Below are positions 48,201 through 58,970 of a DNA stretch of 64,000 nt, one piece after another. The translations under genes were made by a program, and so were the position numbers. How positions within the stretch are numbered: the stretch's first letter is position 1; every line of letters begins with the position of its first letter. The stretch spans positions 273,346-337,345 of the forward strand of contig CDRNVI010000052.1 of NCBI GenBank assembly GCA_977017575.1. Reading direction: 5' to 3'. This stretch comes from Paramoeba atlantica. Taxonomy: Eukaryota; Protista; Discosea. The notes beneath the pieces are model-generated. The model searched no databases. It saw only the letters and a list, made by a program, of their open reading frames with translations, and was not told the origin of the DNA.

Positions 48201-50651
48201 GAGTTCGACAACGGTATCTTAGAGGCTCCTCTAATGATCACCGAACATGATTGTGCAGTTCTTGCAACACTCCATGTGCGTTACATGCACAGGGGCGAAG
48301 ATCTTCAAGACCTTGACCTGTATTCCTATGCAGGCATTGTCAGCGTAAAGAAGAAAAGAGCTGAACTAGCTCAAGAAGAGCCCGATCATGATTCAGATTT
48401 TGAGTCAGGGACAAATCGAAGACGTCGTCGCGGACGTCGTGCTAATGGGAGATACGCCTTTGAGGACATTGAAGGCCTCCCGGAATTTGAGCCTGGAGAT
48501 ATTGTTGAGCAACAGTTGCGCTCTTTGCACACTGTGCCAGCTATACCAGGTTTTACCATATTGAGTTCTTCAAAAGAACCTGGGGCACGAGCTCGAAGCC
48601 ATCTTCGAGTAGCGAAACACATGGTGGCATTGTTTTCCCCATGGACGAAAGGCTCACCGAGCCATGAAATGACCCTAGAAGGGTTTGAAAAGCTTCTCAA
48701 TGAAGCGAAAATAAATACGCCTGGAAAGTATGACATAATGTGCAACTTTCTTCGGCTTTTACATGCTTCGAAGAATACAGAGAACGCGGCAGATTTGTAT
48801 CGACGCAAAGATGCTTGCACTCTGGAAGAAGCAAGATTAGCACGCAACATTGCGTACGAAAATGAGCTTGAAGTGCGAGAGGTTGAAGCTCATCTTCAAG
48901 ATGCTCTTGAAGCACAGCAGAACACTGCAGTGGTTAATGAAGAGCGATTGGTTCAGCAGAATGCATACTGCGAACTACAAACGCGAGCTTTAACGGCCGC
49001 GTTGGGAGGTTCTACTGAGAACTCCTCTGAAGAAAATGTTGATCTTGCATCGACAATGACAAGGACGAGGTCCAATATTTCAGTCATAAATGCGCGAGAG
49101 CGCTATGCTGAAATGATCCAAAACGAACGATTTGCAACTTCGGCTCAATCTGAGCCAAGTGCACCAGTGGACAGAGCTCATTTTAATGAGGATCGTCCAC
49201 TGGCTCGCAGTAATCAATACGAAGAGATTACGTTCGATCGCAGCTACATATTGCGCGAAGACAACAATTCCATTGAACTGAACCAAGCACAGAAACAGTG
49301 CGTAAATCAAATTGAAGATTTACTAAACGGGAAACTAGACCCCGAGCGGAAATGTATGTTTCTGCTCGGTGGCCCCGGAACCGGGAAAAGTCTAGTTTCC
49401 CGTTTCATAATGCAAGAACTGGGAAGCCAATGTATTGCAATGGCGCCCACTGGGATCGCCGCATCAGTACTGCACTGTTGCACAATACACGCTTCCCTCT
49501 GCATACCGATAGGGGCTACTGCAAGAAATTTGAAACATCTTTCAAGCAGTAGCCTTCTACCATACCAACAAAGGTATGAGAAATGTCGATTAATCATAGT
49601 CGACGAAGTGTCAATGATCAGCAAGTGTTTCCTTGCCTGTATCAACACTAGACTGCAGCAAATCAAAGGAAATGAGCAGCTTCCCTATGGAGGCATCAAC
49701 ATGCTCTTTGTTGGAGATTTTTATCAGCTGAGACCAGTACAAGGAGCGTCTCTTACCATAGAAGATAGCTCTCTTGGTAATAATCCCATTTTTGAGAATA
49801 TTTTTCAAGTCTCGTATGTGTTTGAACTCAAACAGCAAATGCGAGCACGACAAGATACTGTATTTTCAGATATCTTGCGTCTTCTTCGAAAAGCTCCCAA
49901 TGAGGGGTTGAAGAAGTTCATCCAATTGGTAAAACCTCTTACCTCTGAGGACCAAGAAAAGTTCCGCAATGCAATTGTCATTGTTGGAACAAATATTGAA
50001 CGGCACAAGATTAATGTCGCAATGGCAAGAAATTTTGCCAGACGTCACAATTGCCCATTGTTCGCATGGACAGGCGATAACGTCCAAGGTAAACTCATTG
50101 ACACACACCCTGAAGCATTTTCTGTATTTGTAAAAGGAGCACCCGGTGTAATCACCGAGAACATTGCTCCTTATACAATGAAAATTGCGAATGGGACAGT
50201 GATTGAAATGAGAGACCTTGTGTCAGACGATTTGTCATACGACACTATTGATGGTGTTCGTTATCTACGAAAAGCCCCTTCTTTTATGCAATGCATTGAG
50301 AAGGGGTCAGGTGTAGAATTTTACGCCAAAAAGGCGCAGCACCATGATAAGGCTTCCCAAGGAAACTTTCAAGTGGAATTGGGATTTGCCTATACGTATC
50401 ACAAAGTACAAGGTATCACCGTGAAGAAAGGTGTTATTCTTGACTTGAATGATAAGGCGTGGTCCAAGAGACCGGAACTCGCCAAGCTCACAGTAGCAAT
50501 ATCCAGGGCACAATGCCTCGATGATATTCGAGTGCTCCCTGGCATGGGCACAGATCGCCCAGGAACACACCTGACTTCAGGTTACCATAGGCCTAAATTT
50601 CCGGCCATGGAAAAAGCAAATCGGCTTACCGATTTGACTTATCAATTCTAA
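42289..50651 (+). CDS. Helitron-type Rep/PIF1 helicase transposase (~2,790 codons) with N-terminal Zn-finger repeats; one frameshift near 47010-47045
   Basis: Repeated CxxC..H..H modules; RFAKNAGFIFYCYD and LPSYWITVSPN (Helitron N-terminal motifs); HUH motif VECQKRGALHFHSVLW; KYMSK; PIF1 motifs GGPGTGKS, IIVDEVSMIS, GGINMLFVGDFYQLRPV, QQMRA, FAYTYHKVQG, VAISRA. The two ORFs overlap (47016-47103) and one base would join them. Confidence 0.92.
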
Positions 50652-51143
50652 GAAATTAGATTGAAACGATCTTCTTAGGAAGACCTCTCTAGGGGGGAAG
50701 CACGCTTGATACCGGTCACAAGCCCGGCGTCTTCAGCTTCGGCAGAAGAAGTGCGAGTGACCCCAACGCTCACGCGCCCTCTACCAAAAAAAGATGTCTC
50801 CATCATAGCTGCAGAATTACGCTCCGTCAAAATTGCTTTCAATTTTTTTTATCGAAATTTCAGAAGCTTGTTTGCTTCAAAAGCACCCACCGCGGCAGCG
50901 GGCCTGTACCCTCTCGAAGGGCGCTCCGGGCGGGCCCTTCAAAAAAAGATATCAGAAGCTTGTTTCCTTCAAAATTTCATGTCACGAGGTAAAGCACCCC
51001 CCGCGGCAGCGGGTCTGCACCCTCTCGAAGGGCCCTCCGGGCAGGCCCTTCAAAAACAAGACTTCTACGTTCATGTATTGCTTTTTAAGTTGAATGTTTC
51101 TAGACTCAGCTTGATTTTTTTAAAAACTTTCTTTGAATTTACT

Positions 51144-51485
51144 ATGGCCTCGGCGGAGAATCAATCAACCAATGGTAACGACATTTCCGACAAGGAAAGA
51201 GATACAAAGCGCAAAAGAGATGATTACTTAGAATCTCTACACGTTTTGCGCTCTGCGCGCGAAGAGCGTGACGAGCGCTCAATCACAATAGAACACCTTC
51301 CCTCCTCTACGACTAAAGAAGACCTTACCAAGCATTACGCTTCGTATGGTGAAATCGATTGCATAACAATCGTATCAAAAAAAGGACTGGCGCACGTGTG
51401 TTTTAGCACTACGGAAGAAGCGAAGCGCGCATCGAGCGTTTACTTCAAAGGGAAAAAGAAGAGAAACAGATACTTAAATTTCTGA
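51144..51485 (+). CDS. Small RRM-domain protein (113 aa)
   Basis: SITIEHLPSSTTKEDLTKHYASYGEIDCITIVSKKGLAHVCFSTTEEAKRA fits the RNP2/RNP1 RRM pattern. The ATG follows a T-rich tract; the upstream TTG-started extension in the ORF track is doubtful. Confidence 0.65.
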   Translation: MASAENQSTNGNDISDKERDTKRKRDDYLESLHVLRSAREERDERSITIEHLPSSTTKEDLTKHYASYGEIDCITIVSKKGLAHVCFSTTEEAKRASSVYFKGKKKRNRYLNF

Positions 51486-52109
51486 ATAAGTGTGTAAGAA
51501 GACGTTTGGAAGTGAAAGTTGGTTTAAAATTTTGAATTCATGATTCGAAGGTTGGAGAAGGAAATAAAACACTTTTCTTTCGAGAAATTTTCGGCTTAAA
51601 TTCGTCCACAGCACCGTTTTTTTACGATTCATCGCATCAAAGTTTTTCTGTGGTTTTACTTTGTGTCTCGGAAACCCTCTGTAAGTATTTGTAACTTCGC
51701 ATTTTCTAAACTCAAATAAATACAATTGAAACTAAATTTGTTAAAAAAATGTTTACATTTACATAGCAGATCTACAGTTGCAGTCATCACTTCTTCTATT
51801 TTTAGCCTGATCATTCAACAAATATGCTTTTGATGACTGAATTAGTGCATATCCAACTTACTGTCAGAAAAGCGTTCCGACATGGCATTAACTGCACCCC
51901 TGGCGTAAACCAAATGAATCAAAACGAAGAAGTAAACCCACGAAGTAAATCCCCCCCCCTTCAAAAGCCGGGGTGAATTCAAGGGCCTTTCAAAAAAAGA
52001 GGTCTCCACCCTGCTTCGTTCAAAATCGTGCGAACCGAAGGAAAACACATGTGAGCGGAAATATGCAAAAACAAACCTATTTTTGCCCAACAATCTATGG
52101 GGGGGGCAT

Positions 52110-52658
52110 ACCCTACCCGGGGGTGACCCCCCCTCGTATCCGCAAGACGGGTCCGTCAAGTTCCGATTTTTTCGGAAAAAAATTTTGAAAAAATTTTCAA
52201 CTTGACGAAAAAATTGGTAAAAAGAATATTTTTCCAAATTTGTTTTGCCTATTGTATTTTTATAGTTCGTGGCCTATTCTAGCTTTTTACGTCATTGGTT
52301 TTGCGAGGTGTCGCTTCTTGAAGCCGTGGTACGCCTCCCAAAATGTCCCATTTTTGATCAAAAAATGCGAAAAAGTAATTTTTGGACACCAAGAGGTCTT
52401 TTTGAGTCGTACGAATCGTGTGGTTGGAGTCGCATTCTCGACTTTAGTGCTCTATATACAAAAATCACCCCATTTTTACCAAAACATCGGCTATTTTTGG
52501 CTCAAATTCTTCCGTTTTCTTCCGCGTCCCTGGCCAATTTTCTTTTTTAGGCTCTTCTTTAAACGCGGCGGTAGTTTTCAACGCGAATAGCGCAGCATGA
52601 GTGACTTCTAAGTTGAAAGCAACCACCGCGTTTAACGAAGAGCCTAAAAAAGAAAATT
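52110..52658 (+). mobile_element. 3' half of a family A unit with complete foldback; putative 3' terminus of the Helitron
   Basis: Direct repeat of ~41580-42159, plus GTTGAAAGCAACCACCGCGTTTAACGAAGAGCC. Confidence 0.7.
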
Positions 52659-52659
52659 A

Positions 52660-55600
52660 TAACAATAACAATAAAATCAAGCAATCCACGCCCAATCCAT
52701 TCGCGCGTTCCGGGCCGGGTCTTTCGACCTCTCCACGGCCTGACTTGTGAACCCTTCCCTTGCTATATGGGAGGGCGCAGGCGCGGGCCTGTGTCGACAG
52801 CGACACGGTCGCGAAACAGGATGCTGGTCGACGGGGAGGAGATTCACTTCCCGTGTACCTCACTTGGGGTACCTAGCCCTCGCGGGCTAGGCGTGAGCAT
52901 AGACTCTGTCGACTCGACCAACATCCAGGCCAGAAGTTTTCCTTACTCTTCTTTGCCATACCCCACAAGTGCAGGGCCTGTGTTCGCCGAGGGGAGGCGA
53001 AGAACGAGCATACGCGCCTGGGAGCGCATGATGGTGACGTTCAGACTTGTTAGTATTTGCTGTAACGCCCCCCTTGCGAAAGTGTTCCTCCTGAGGTCGC
53101 AGCTTGGCCTTTCGAGACTTCCCGCAAGACCGATATAGCGGCCGGACTCCAGCATCCGTATGTTTCGACAGCCATAGCTGTGAACTTGGTCTTCGCTTCT
53201 TCAGCTTCCTCCCGTTGCTTCCGCTTGTGTTCGACGGCGTACCTCTCGGCGAATGACCCGGCTGCCACCATGTTAGCATCACGGACCAGGTCCGTATACT
53301 TTTGTTGCTGAACATGTGTGACAGCGAAATCAAGGACGAGGGCCTGACCGAGACCACCGTTCCGGACATAGACATCTGCGGGTCGCGTGAGGGCGCCGCC
53401 CGGACCCCTGTTTCCCAGAGAGACTTCTCTCTGTGGGCTCAACCCGGCCTTGCTGCATTCAGCGGAGAACTGTTCCGCTAGGGCGTTGTGCCTTGTAATG
53501 ATTCCGTGGCCGCACTTGCAGGCTAGCGCATGGTCCACCCCAGGGCCGAGTGGGAGGCGACAATTCGGAATCGGGCAGTTGTGACCTTGAGGGTATATAC
53601 TCCCCCCGAGCCACCAACGAATCAGAGTCCGAAATTCAGTAGGGGTGTAGGCATGACCGCAGAGAGTTGAGGGAACCGTGAAGGCCCAGTTGGATGCCCC
53701 GTCGCCCGTTTGTGAGAGCCACCTAGCCCGAGTGCGGGGATCCGCTCTTGCGTAATCTTCCTCAAAGTCTCTCGCTGAAATCGCATGACTGAGATCGCGT
53801 TGTCGAAGAATCGCCAAATCTTGAGAAAGGTCAATATCGGGGGAGGGCGAGAAGGGGCATCTCTTTATGACGGAGTCCTTGTGGATTTTCCCGGTAGATT
53901 TGTCCACCATACACCCCCCTACACGCCGGTTAATGTCCTCCACGGCGTAAGAAAAGCCCTCAGCCTCATTTGCATCCCATCGATCCTTGTCGGAAGCGAA
54001 AGCTACTGAAGCTACGTACGCTGAGGTGGCATGCATTTCCGCTGAGCGAAGGCCGAGACCGCCGAACTGTTTATTTCTTTGTGCTTGTCGTCGAGCCATG
54101 TCACTCAGTGGGCGACAAAACGTTTCAACCGTACGCTGAACGGCGTTGTCGAGTCTGCGACATAAGTCCAGTAGTTCGTCCGTCGGCGTCGTGCGAAGGG
54201 AGTAAACCATCTGGCAAAACCCTGTGCACTGTCGGATGAGAGAGAAAGCGATCTGAGGGTCCTCCAGTTTCTCGATCGCTTCAAGGGATTCCTCCTCCTG
54301 GGAAATCGCGCTGTCGAGGAGGAACTGACGGCTGTACGTCGTAGATCCGATGGGGCTTCCCAAGATGCTCAGATTACCTTCCATGTTGATGTTGAGCCCG
54401 GGGATGTCAGGAAAGTGGGTAGTTTGATGAGATGAGGAAGGGTGTGCGATTATTTCGCACTTGGACGGATTGAGGTTCAGACCCCACTTTGGCCCTCCAA
54501 TTTCGATGATATCTAGTGCGTGACGTAAATCAGAAGCCTGGCCTGCAAGGACGCCATCATCAAGGTACCAGAGATTGAGATGAAGATCAGGAGCTCCGGC
54601 CTTAATTTCTGCGGCCATTTCTCTCATGACGAGCGAGAACAAAAGGGGTCAGAGCGGGTCTCCTTGTTGTACGCCTTCAGAGGATTGAACTACACGTGCG
54701 CCGAATGTCAGGTTACTGTCCGAACTGTTGCACCATTCCACGAACGGGCTCAACTCAGGGAAATGATGCCGTGTCAAGGCCATAAAGCTATTTCTTGAAA
54801 TGTGATTGAAAGCGTTGCGAAGGTCAACCTTGCATAGCACAAAATCCTCGTTATTGATGTGGTGCGCAACCAGGCGCCTGCAAATGTGGATAACGCGTTC
54901 GGCTCCTTCGGGCGTCGCCACTCCATATTGTTGATCTTTGAAGAGCGTTCTGGATTTAGCCTTTGCAGACAGACATCCTATCTTGCTCGCTAGTCGGCGG
55001 AAGGTTTCCCCTGCGGCAATGGGGTGGACATCACCCTGACCCTTGTGTAAAGCACATAAGCGTCCGCCGGCGAAGCAGTGTTGGACTTCAAGTGGTACTT
55101 TGCCCGCTAGCATATGACTAATAAGTTTCGTGAGTATACCGAGCGGATCTGTCCTGGCGTCGTGATGGAATTGCACTGCTACTTGTAGGTGCTCAGGCCG
55201 AAGTCCGAGAGCTCCCCCTGAGGAACCTCGGTGAAAGCTGGAAGGCGCCGTAATGATGTCCTCTTCGGTTGCGGTGATCGGTTTAATATCCAAAGAAGGC
55301 GTGGCAATCGGACTTGGACCCAGAAGTCGAGACGGGTGTTTCGCCTGGAGCTTTTGATAAGTCGTGTCATCGTTTGGGGCAAGTGGTTCGGATGTCAACG
55401 CAGTCATTGCGCGGGAAAGTTCACCATCTCGCACGAGGCGTACTGCTCGGAGCGCAGCTTTCTGATCCTCCTCTTCAATGCTCTGAGCCTGTGGAGAACT
55501 TTTCCGCTTACGCTTCAGGCTTGACAACGCCTCGTTCCAAAGTGGTAGAAATTCCTTGTTCTTCCATCTGGAAAGGCCTTTGCGGACGTGGGAGGCGTAT

Positions 55601-56981
55601 GAGGCTTTACCCTTGTCCCCGCCGCGTCGTGGTGCTGGAATTACACATTTAGGTAACATAGCCAGCAGGGTCCAAGCCTCGATGGTGTTGTCACGTACGG
55701 CCGCCGCCATGCATTCGGTACGTGTTTTCGCCCATTCAGGCTTACAGCTGTTTGGGATATTTTTGCAGGTATTAACGGACAAGGCGCATACTGATGATAG
55801 GGACGGCAGATCTTCCACTGTTAGGGCGCCTTGCATAGTGTTCTCGCTAAGCTCCTGCTCAGTAACGGAATTTGGGGGCGGGACGGGGTAATCTTTGGAG
55901 CCAGCGGAGGAACCATGCGAAGGTTTGGGTGACGGCGTGCGAAACCTGCAGTGCATCTTGTGTGTTGCTTGCTTGCGCATGGAGTAGTGCTTTTTGCAAC
56001 CCGGGCATAGGAATCTTCCCTCCTCTGTCCACCATGATTCCGCCACTTCTTCCCCATGTCTGTTAGCCACGTGGTTGTAAAAGGCTTGCCATTGATCGCC
56101 GTGCGGCCCTGTTTCCCAGGTACATGAATCCAAGGGGCATTTCCTGGGCCGACTTGGTGTGCTAATAATGGGGGCGGGCGTGCTTTTAGATGACTCGGCG
56201 TTTCGGGGGGTTAATGGGCGTCGGTGTCGCTTGAGACTTACTGAAGTGTCCGCATGGGGCTTTGTGTCCGGTTTTTTCGGAGATGATGCCGCAGACAGAT
56301 TGCTGTCACTTTCAGCCTCAGGAGTGTATGGCCTAGGGGAGTTGGAACTTGATTGTGCGGTGTCACGGTCGTCGCTGTCGGTCCCGGACTCAGCACACAA
56401 TTGGGAAAGGGAGATGCTCTTGGGTCGATTCTTCTTTTTCCGTCCTTTTCCGCATCCATTCACAGACACAGTAAGGTCTTCAGGAGTGAGATCGGGGAAG
56501 AGCAATTTATCTTTTTCGTAATTATATTCGTGTCGTATGACCTCCGGATATGTCGTTCGCACCTCTCCTTCACAGCCTTATTTGTGGTTTTTGATAGGCT
56601 GAGTGAAGAAGATTTTGCTCCCGCAAACTGGAATTCGAAGTCCTCAGTTGGACGGACACTGGAGAAAAGTTCCTCTTCCGTGCTTGTCTGCTGTTGCCCT
56701 GTATCTGGGGTCTCACCTTCCACAGAGTTCGTAATGCTGAGTGCAATCTCGTCCGCTCGCCGTAAAGATTCAGCTGAAGGATTAGGTGGGAGGGGGGTGT
56801 TGTATAAGTCTACATGGTACGCACTCTTGCCTTCAACAAGGTCCTTGTTTGCGTCGAATTGGTCCCAGCAGCCGAGTGTGTGTGCTTTCACCTCGCGCTC
56901 GAAGTTCGAGACCTGCTTCGCCTTAGATCTAGTTAAAACAACCATGGGGCGTAAGAGTGAGATAAAGAAAAGAAAATAATT
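52660..56981 (-). mobile_element. Near full-length CRE-like retrotransposon (element 2); ORF from 56945 with a frameshift near 56500 and an in-frame TGA at 54649-54651
   Basis: CPLDSC..FYNHVANRH, CPGCKKH, PIAAGETFRRL, QYGV, KVDLRNAFN, GVQQGDPL*PLLF, WYLDDG, CKCGHG, RPADVY..LDFAVTH, AVETYG. The 3' UTR matches that of element 1; SL exon at the 5' end. Confidence 0.9.
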
Positions 56982-57013
56982 CAACAAGGTACAGAAACTT
57001 TATCTTTATCGTT
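56982..57013 (-). other. Spliced-leader exon-like sequence (1 mismatch) between the poly(A) of element 3 and the 5' end of element 2
   Basis: Minus strand: A17-GTTCCGTTT-AACGATAAAGATAAAGTTTCTGTACCTTGTTG-AATTATTTTC. Confidence 0.85.
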
Positions 57014-57748
57014 AAACGGAACTTTTTTTTTTTTTTTTTAAAGGTCTAAAAAACAAAAAACGATGGTCGTAAATCAGACTTCTTTTTTTTCTTCTTCTGT
57101 ATAATCAGGTACATTCATCAAATTTCGCATTTCTGAAACACCAACAAAAAAGATTATCACGCAAACTTGTGTCCTATCGTTCTTTTCAAGATTTCATTGA
57201 ACCGAGCCATGAAGCTCGCGGTAGGAGTTCACGGAGCTTTGAGCCAATTGTATAAGCGTTGAGTTTTTCAATCTCAAGCTGAAATGCCTCACGAACTTCA
57301 GGAACGTTAAGGTTCGCTCTCTTAGCGAGGGAGGCTAGGAGATTCCGTGTGTGTTCGTGCAAAGAACCACTTTCGGTCATTGCAATGCACTTAAAGTAAT
57401 CTTCTTCGATCCCACCGGATTCAACGTACTTTTTCCTTTTCCTCTCAATCGCATTTTGCAACAGCTGTGTTTCAGTCATCTTCCGATAGCTTGAGCTTCC
57501 GGTGTGAACTACGGTGATGCCATACAGTACTTCACCCATGTGTGGCCACATAATAATAATAAACATATCCGCTAGTGGATTGTAGGTGTCGAAATGACGT
57601 CGTGGTTCGCTTCAGAATGGAGTCCAATCGTGGGTCTTTGCGTAGGTCTGTTGCTAGATCTTTTTGTTCTTTTTTTATGGCTTTGGATGCATGTACTCGA
57701 GCTGTTTGCTGCATGGGTTTCGTGTCTCTGTTTTGATCTTTCGACATG

Positions 57749-57870
57749 CGAATAAAGATACAGTTTCTGTACCTTGTTGGTACATTTTGCTAGACCTTCC
57801 TTTCATTTCCCGGAAACGGGCATACATTTTCCTTTTAAATGCCCGTTTCCGGCTGACGGCTAGCAGGGGC
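57749..57870 (+). ncRNA. Probable SL RNA gene (exon 3' part + GT donor + structured intron); 3' limit uncertain
   Basis: ATAAAGATACAGTTTCTGTACCTTGTTG|GTACATTTTG. It is the only near-complete copy followed by a GTA donor. Downstream is a 14-bp perfect stem CCGGAAACGGGCAT/ATGCCCGTTTCCGG. Confidence 0.6.
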
Positions 57871-58531
57871 TGTCCCTCTTGTCGTGGAAGTAGGGGGCGT
57901 ACTTCCGACTTTTCACCCCTCCCCGGCTCACTCCTTGAGTGAGTTTTCTTCCCTCCCCGGCTTTCTTCCTCTCGCGCCCGTCTCTTTCCGGGAGCTATGC
58001 GCCATGGTGGCCTCCCTTGAGGACCACTGGGCGTGACTCCGTCTCGCATTATCGCGAGGCAGCGGTCGGTTGCAGTGCGCCCCTCCGGCTGCGTAAAGAG
58101 GTGGTGAGTTGCCTGGGCCGCCTCTACCGACTGGGGCCGAGTCGGTTGCAGTACGCCCCTCCGGCTGCGTAAAGAGAGGGAGTTGCCTGGACCTCTCTAC
58201 CGACCGAGTCCGTGTCGAACCCCCTTTGGAGACATCCGTTGTGGGCGGATTATGTGCCGATGATATCGGCCGTCGCATTAAGGGGATTATCTCTGCGCCA
58301 AAGAGCGCATGATAAACAAACCTTCCGGAGCTTTAGGGGTAATTAGTTGCTCATCAATAGATTTTCGTGCGGTGTCAAAATAGTATCGCTGCTTCAGAGT
58401 AGAAGGGGTTAGCCCAAGGCCACCCAAGTGTTGCGGTAGTGACACTAGTTGAATGGAAGTGTCATCTGCGAAGAACCAATATTTTACAATATCAGCAATT
58501 TCTGTGTCAAATCTTTGTGCCATATCCAGGG

Positions 58532-58970
58532 AGCGGTGCGATCGTAGTTGGTAGACGGTGGGCCTTACAACCTGCAGGTTGTGGGTTCGATTCCCGCTAT
58601 CGACAAAACTCGCAACCTGGCGGCCTCACTACAAAGGGAAAGCGATCAGGAGTGCCTTCAAGGCCCACACCCAACCCCGCTCCCCTGGAGGACCGACCCG
58701 GGACCTCCGAGCTGAACCAGGCTCCGGCGCAGCCGATAAATTGCGATCTGCCTACGCAAAGGAGGCTTGAGACACAGCCTAAACGATTCGAGGCGGTTGG
58801 ACGCCCGTCCTGGTAGCTACGGTTGCGTAGCCGTTCTCGGGCTGCAAGGCGTCGAGTGCCGTATGGGAAGGGGGTAGCAAGACGATGAAGGTCGGAGGCC
58901 TTAGACTCTACCCTAGCGGTTGGCGCTGCAGAGCCCTCCGTGTCTTCTTCTTCTTCTTCTTCTTCTTCTT
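58532..58970 (+). mobile_element. SINE S1 full copy (~440 bp), 11-bp TSD CATATCCAGGG
   Basis: TSD at 58521-58531 and 58971-58981. tRNA-like head with T-arm GTGGG-TTCGATT-CCCGC and stem GTGGG/CCTGC around loop CCTTACAA; (TCT)n tail. Confidence 0.9.

Noticed and set aside
50706-51143. N-terminal extension of the RRM ORF from an upstream TTG
   Set aside because: It runs through a tandem duplication and T-rich tracts that look non-coding; ATG at 51144 is the more plausible start.
54649-54651. Alternative genetic code explaining in-frame stops
   Set aside because: The stops replace different residues (TAG for Trp, TGA for Gly), and the 1604- and 1211-codon ORFs are open under the standard code.
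58532-58610. Functional tRNA-Val(TAC) gene (and tRNA-Leu-like gene in S2 heads)
   Set aside because: The acceptor stem has terminal mismatches, the anticodon loop is 8 nt, and the sequence continues into a fixed body and tail inside TSDs; it is a SINE head.
58612-58690. HDV-like ribozyme in the SINE core (CCTGGCGGCC...TCAGG), by analogy with the L1Tc Pr77 element
   Set aside because: I could not build a convincing P1/P2/P3 pseudoknot by eye. A descriptor search (RNArobo or Infernal) would be needed.
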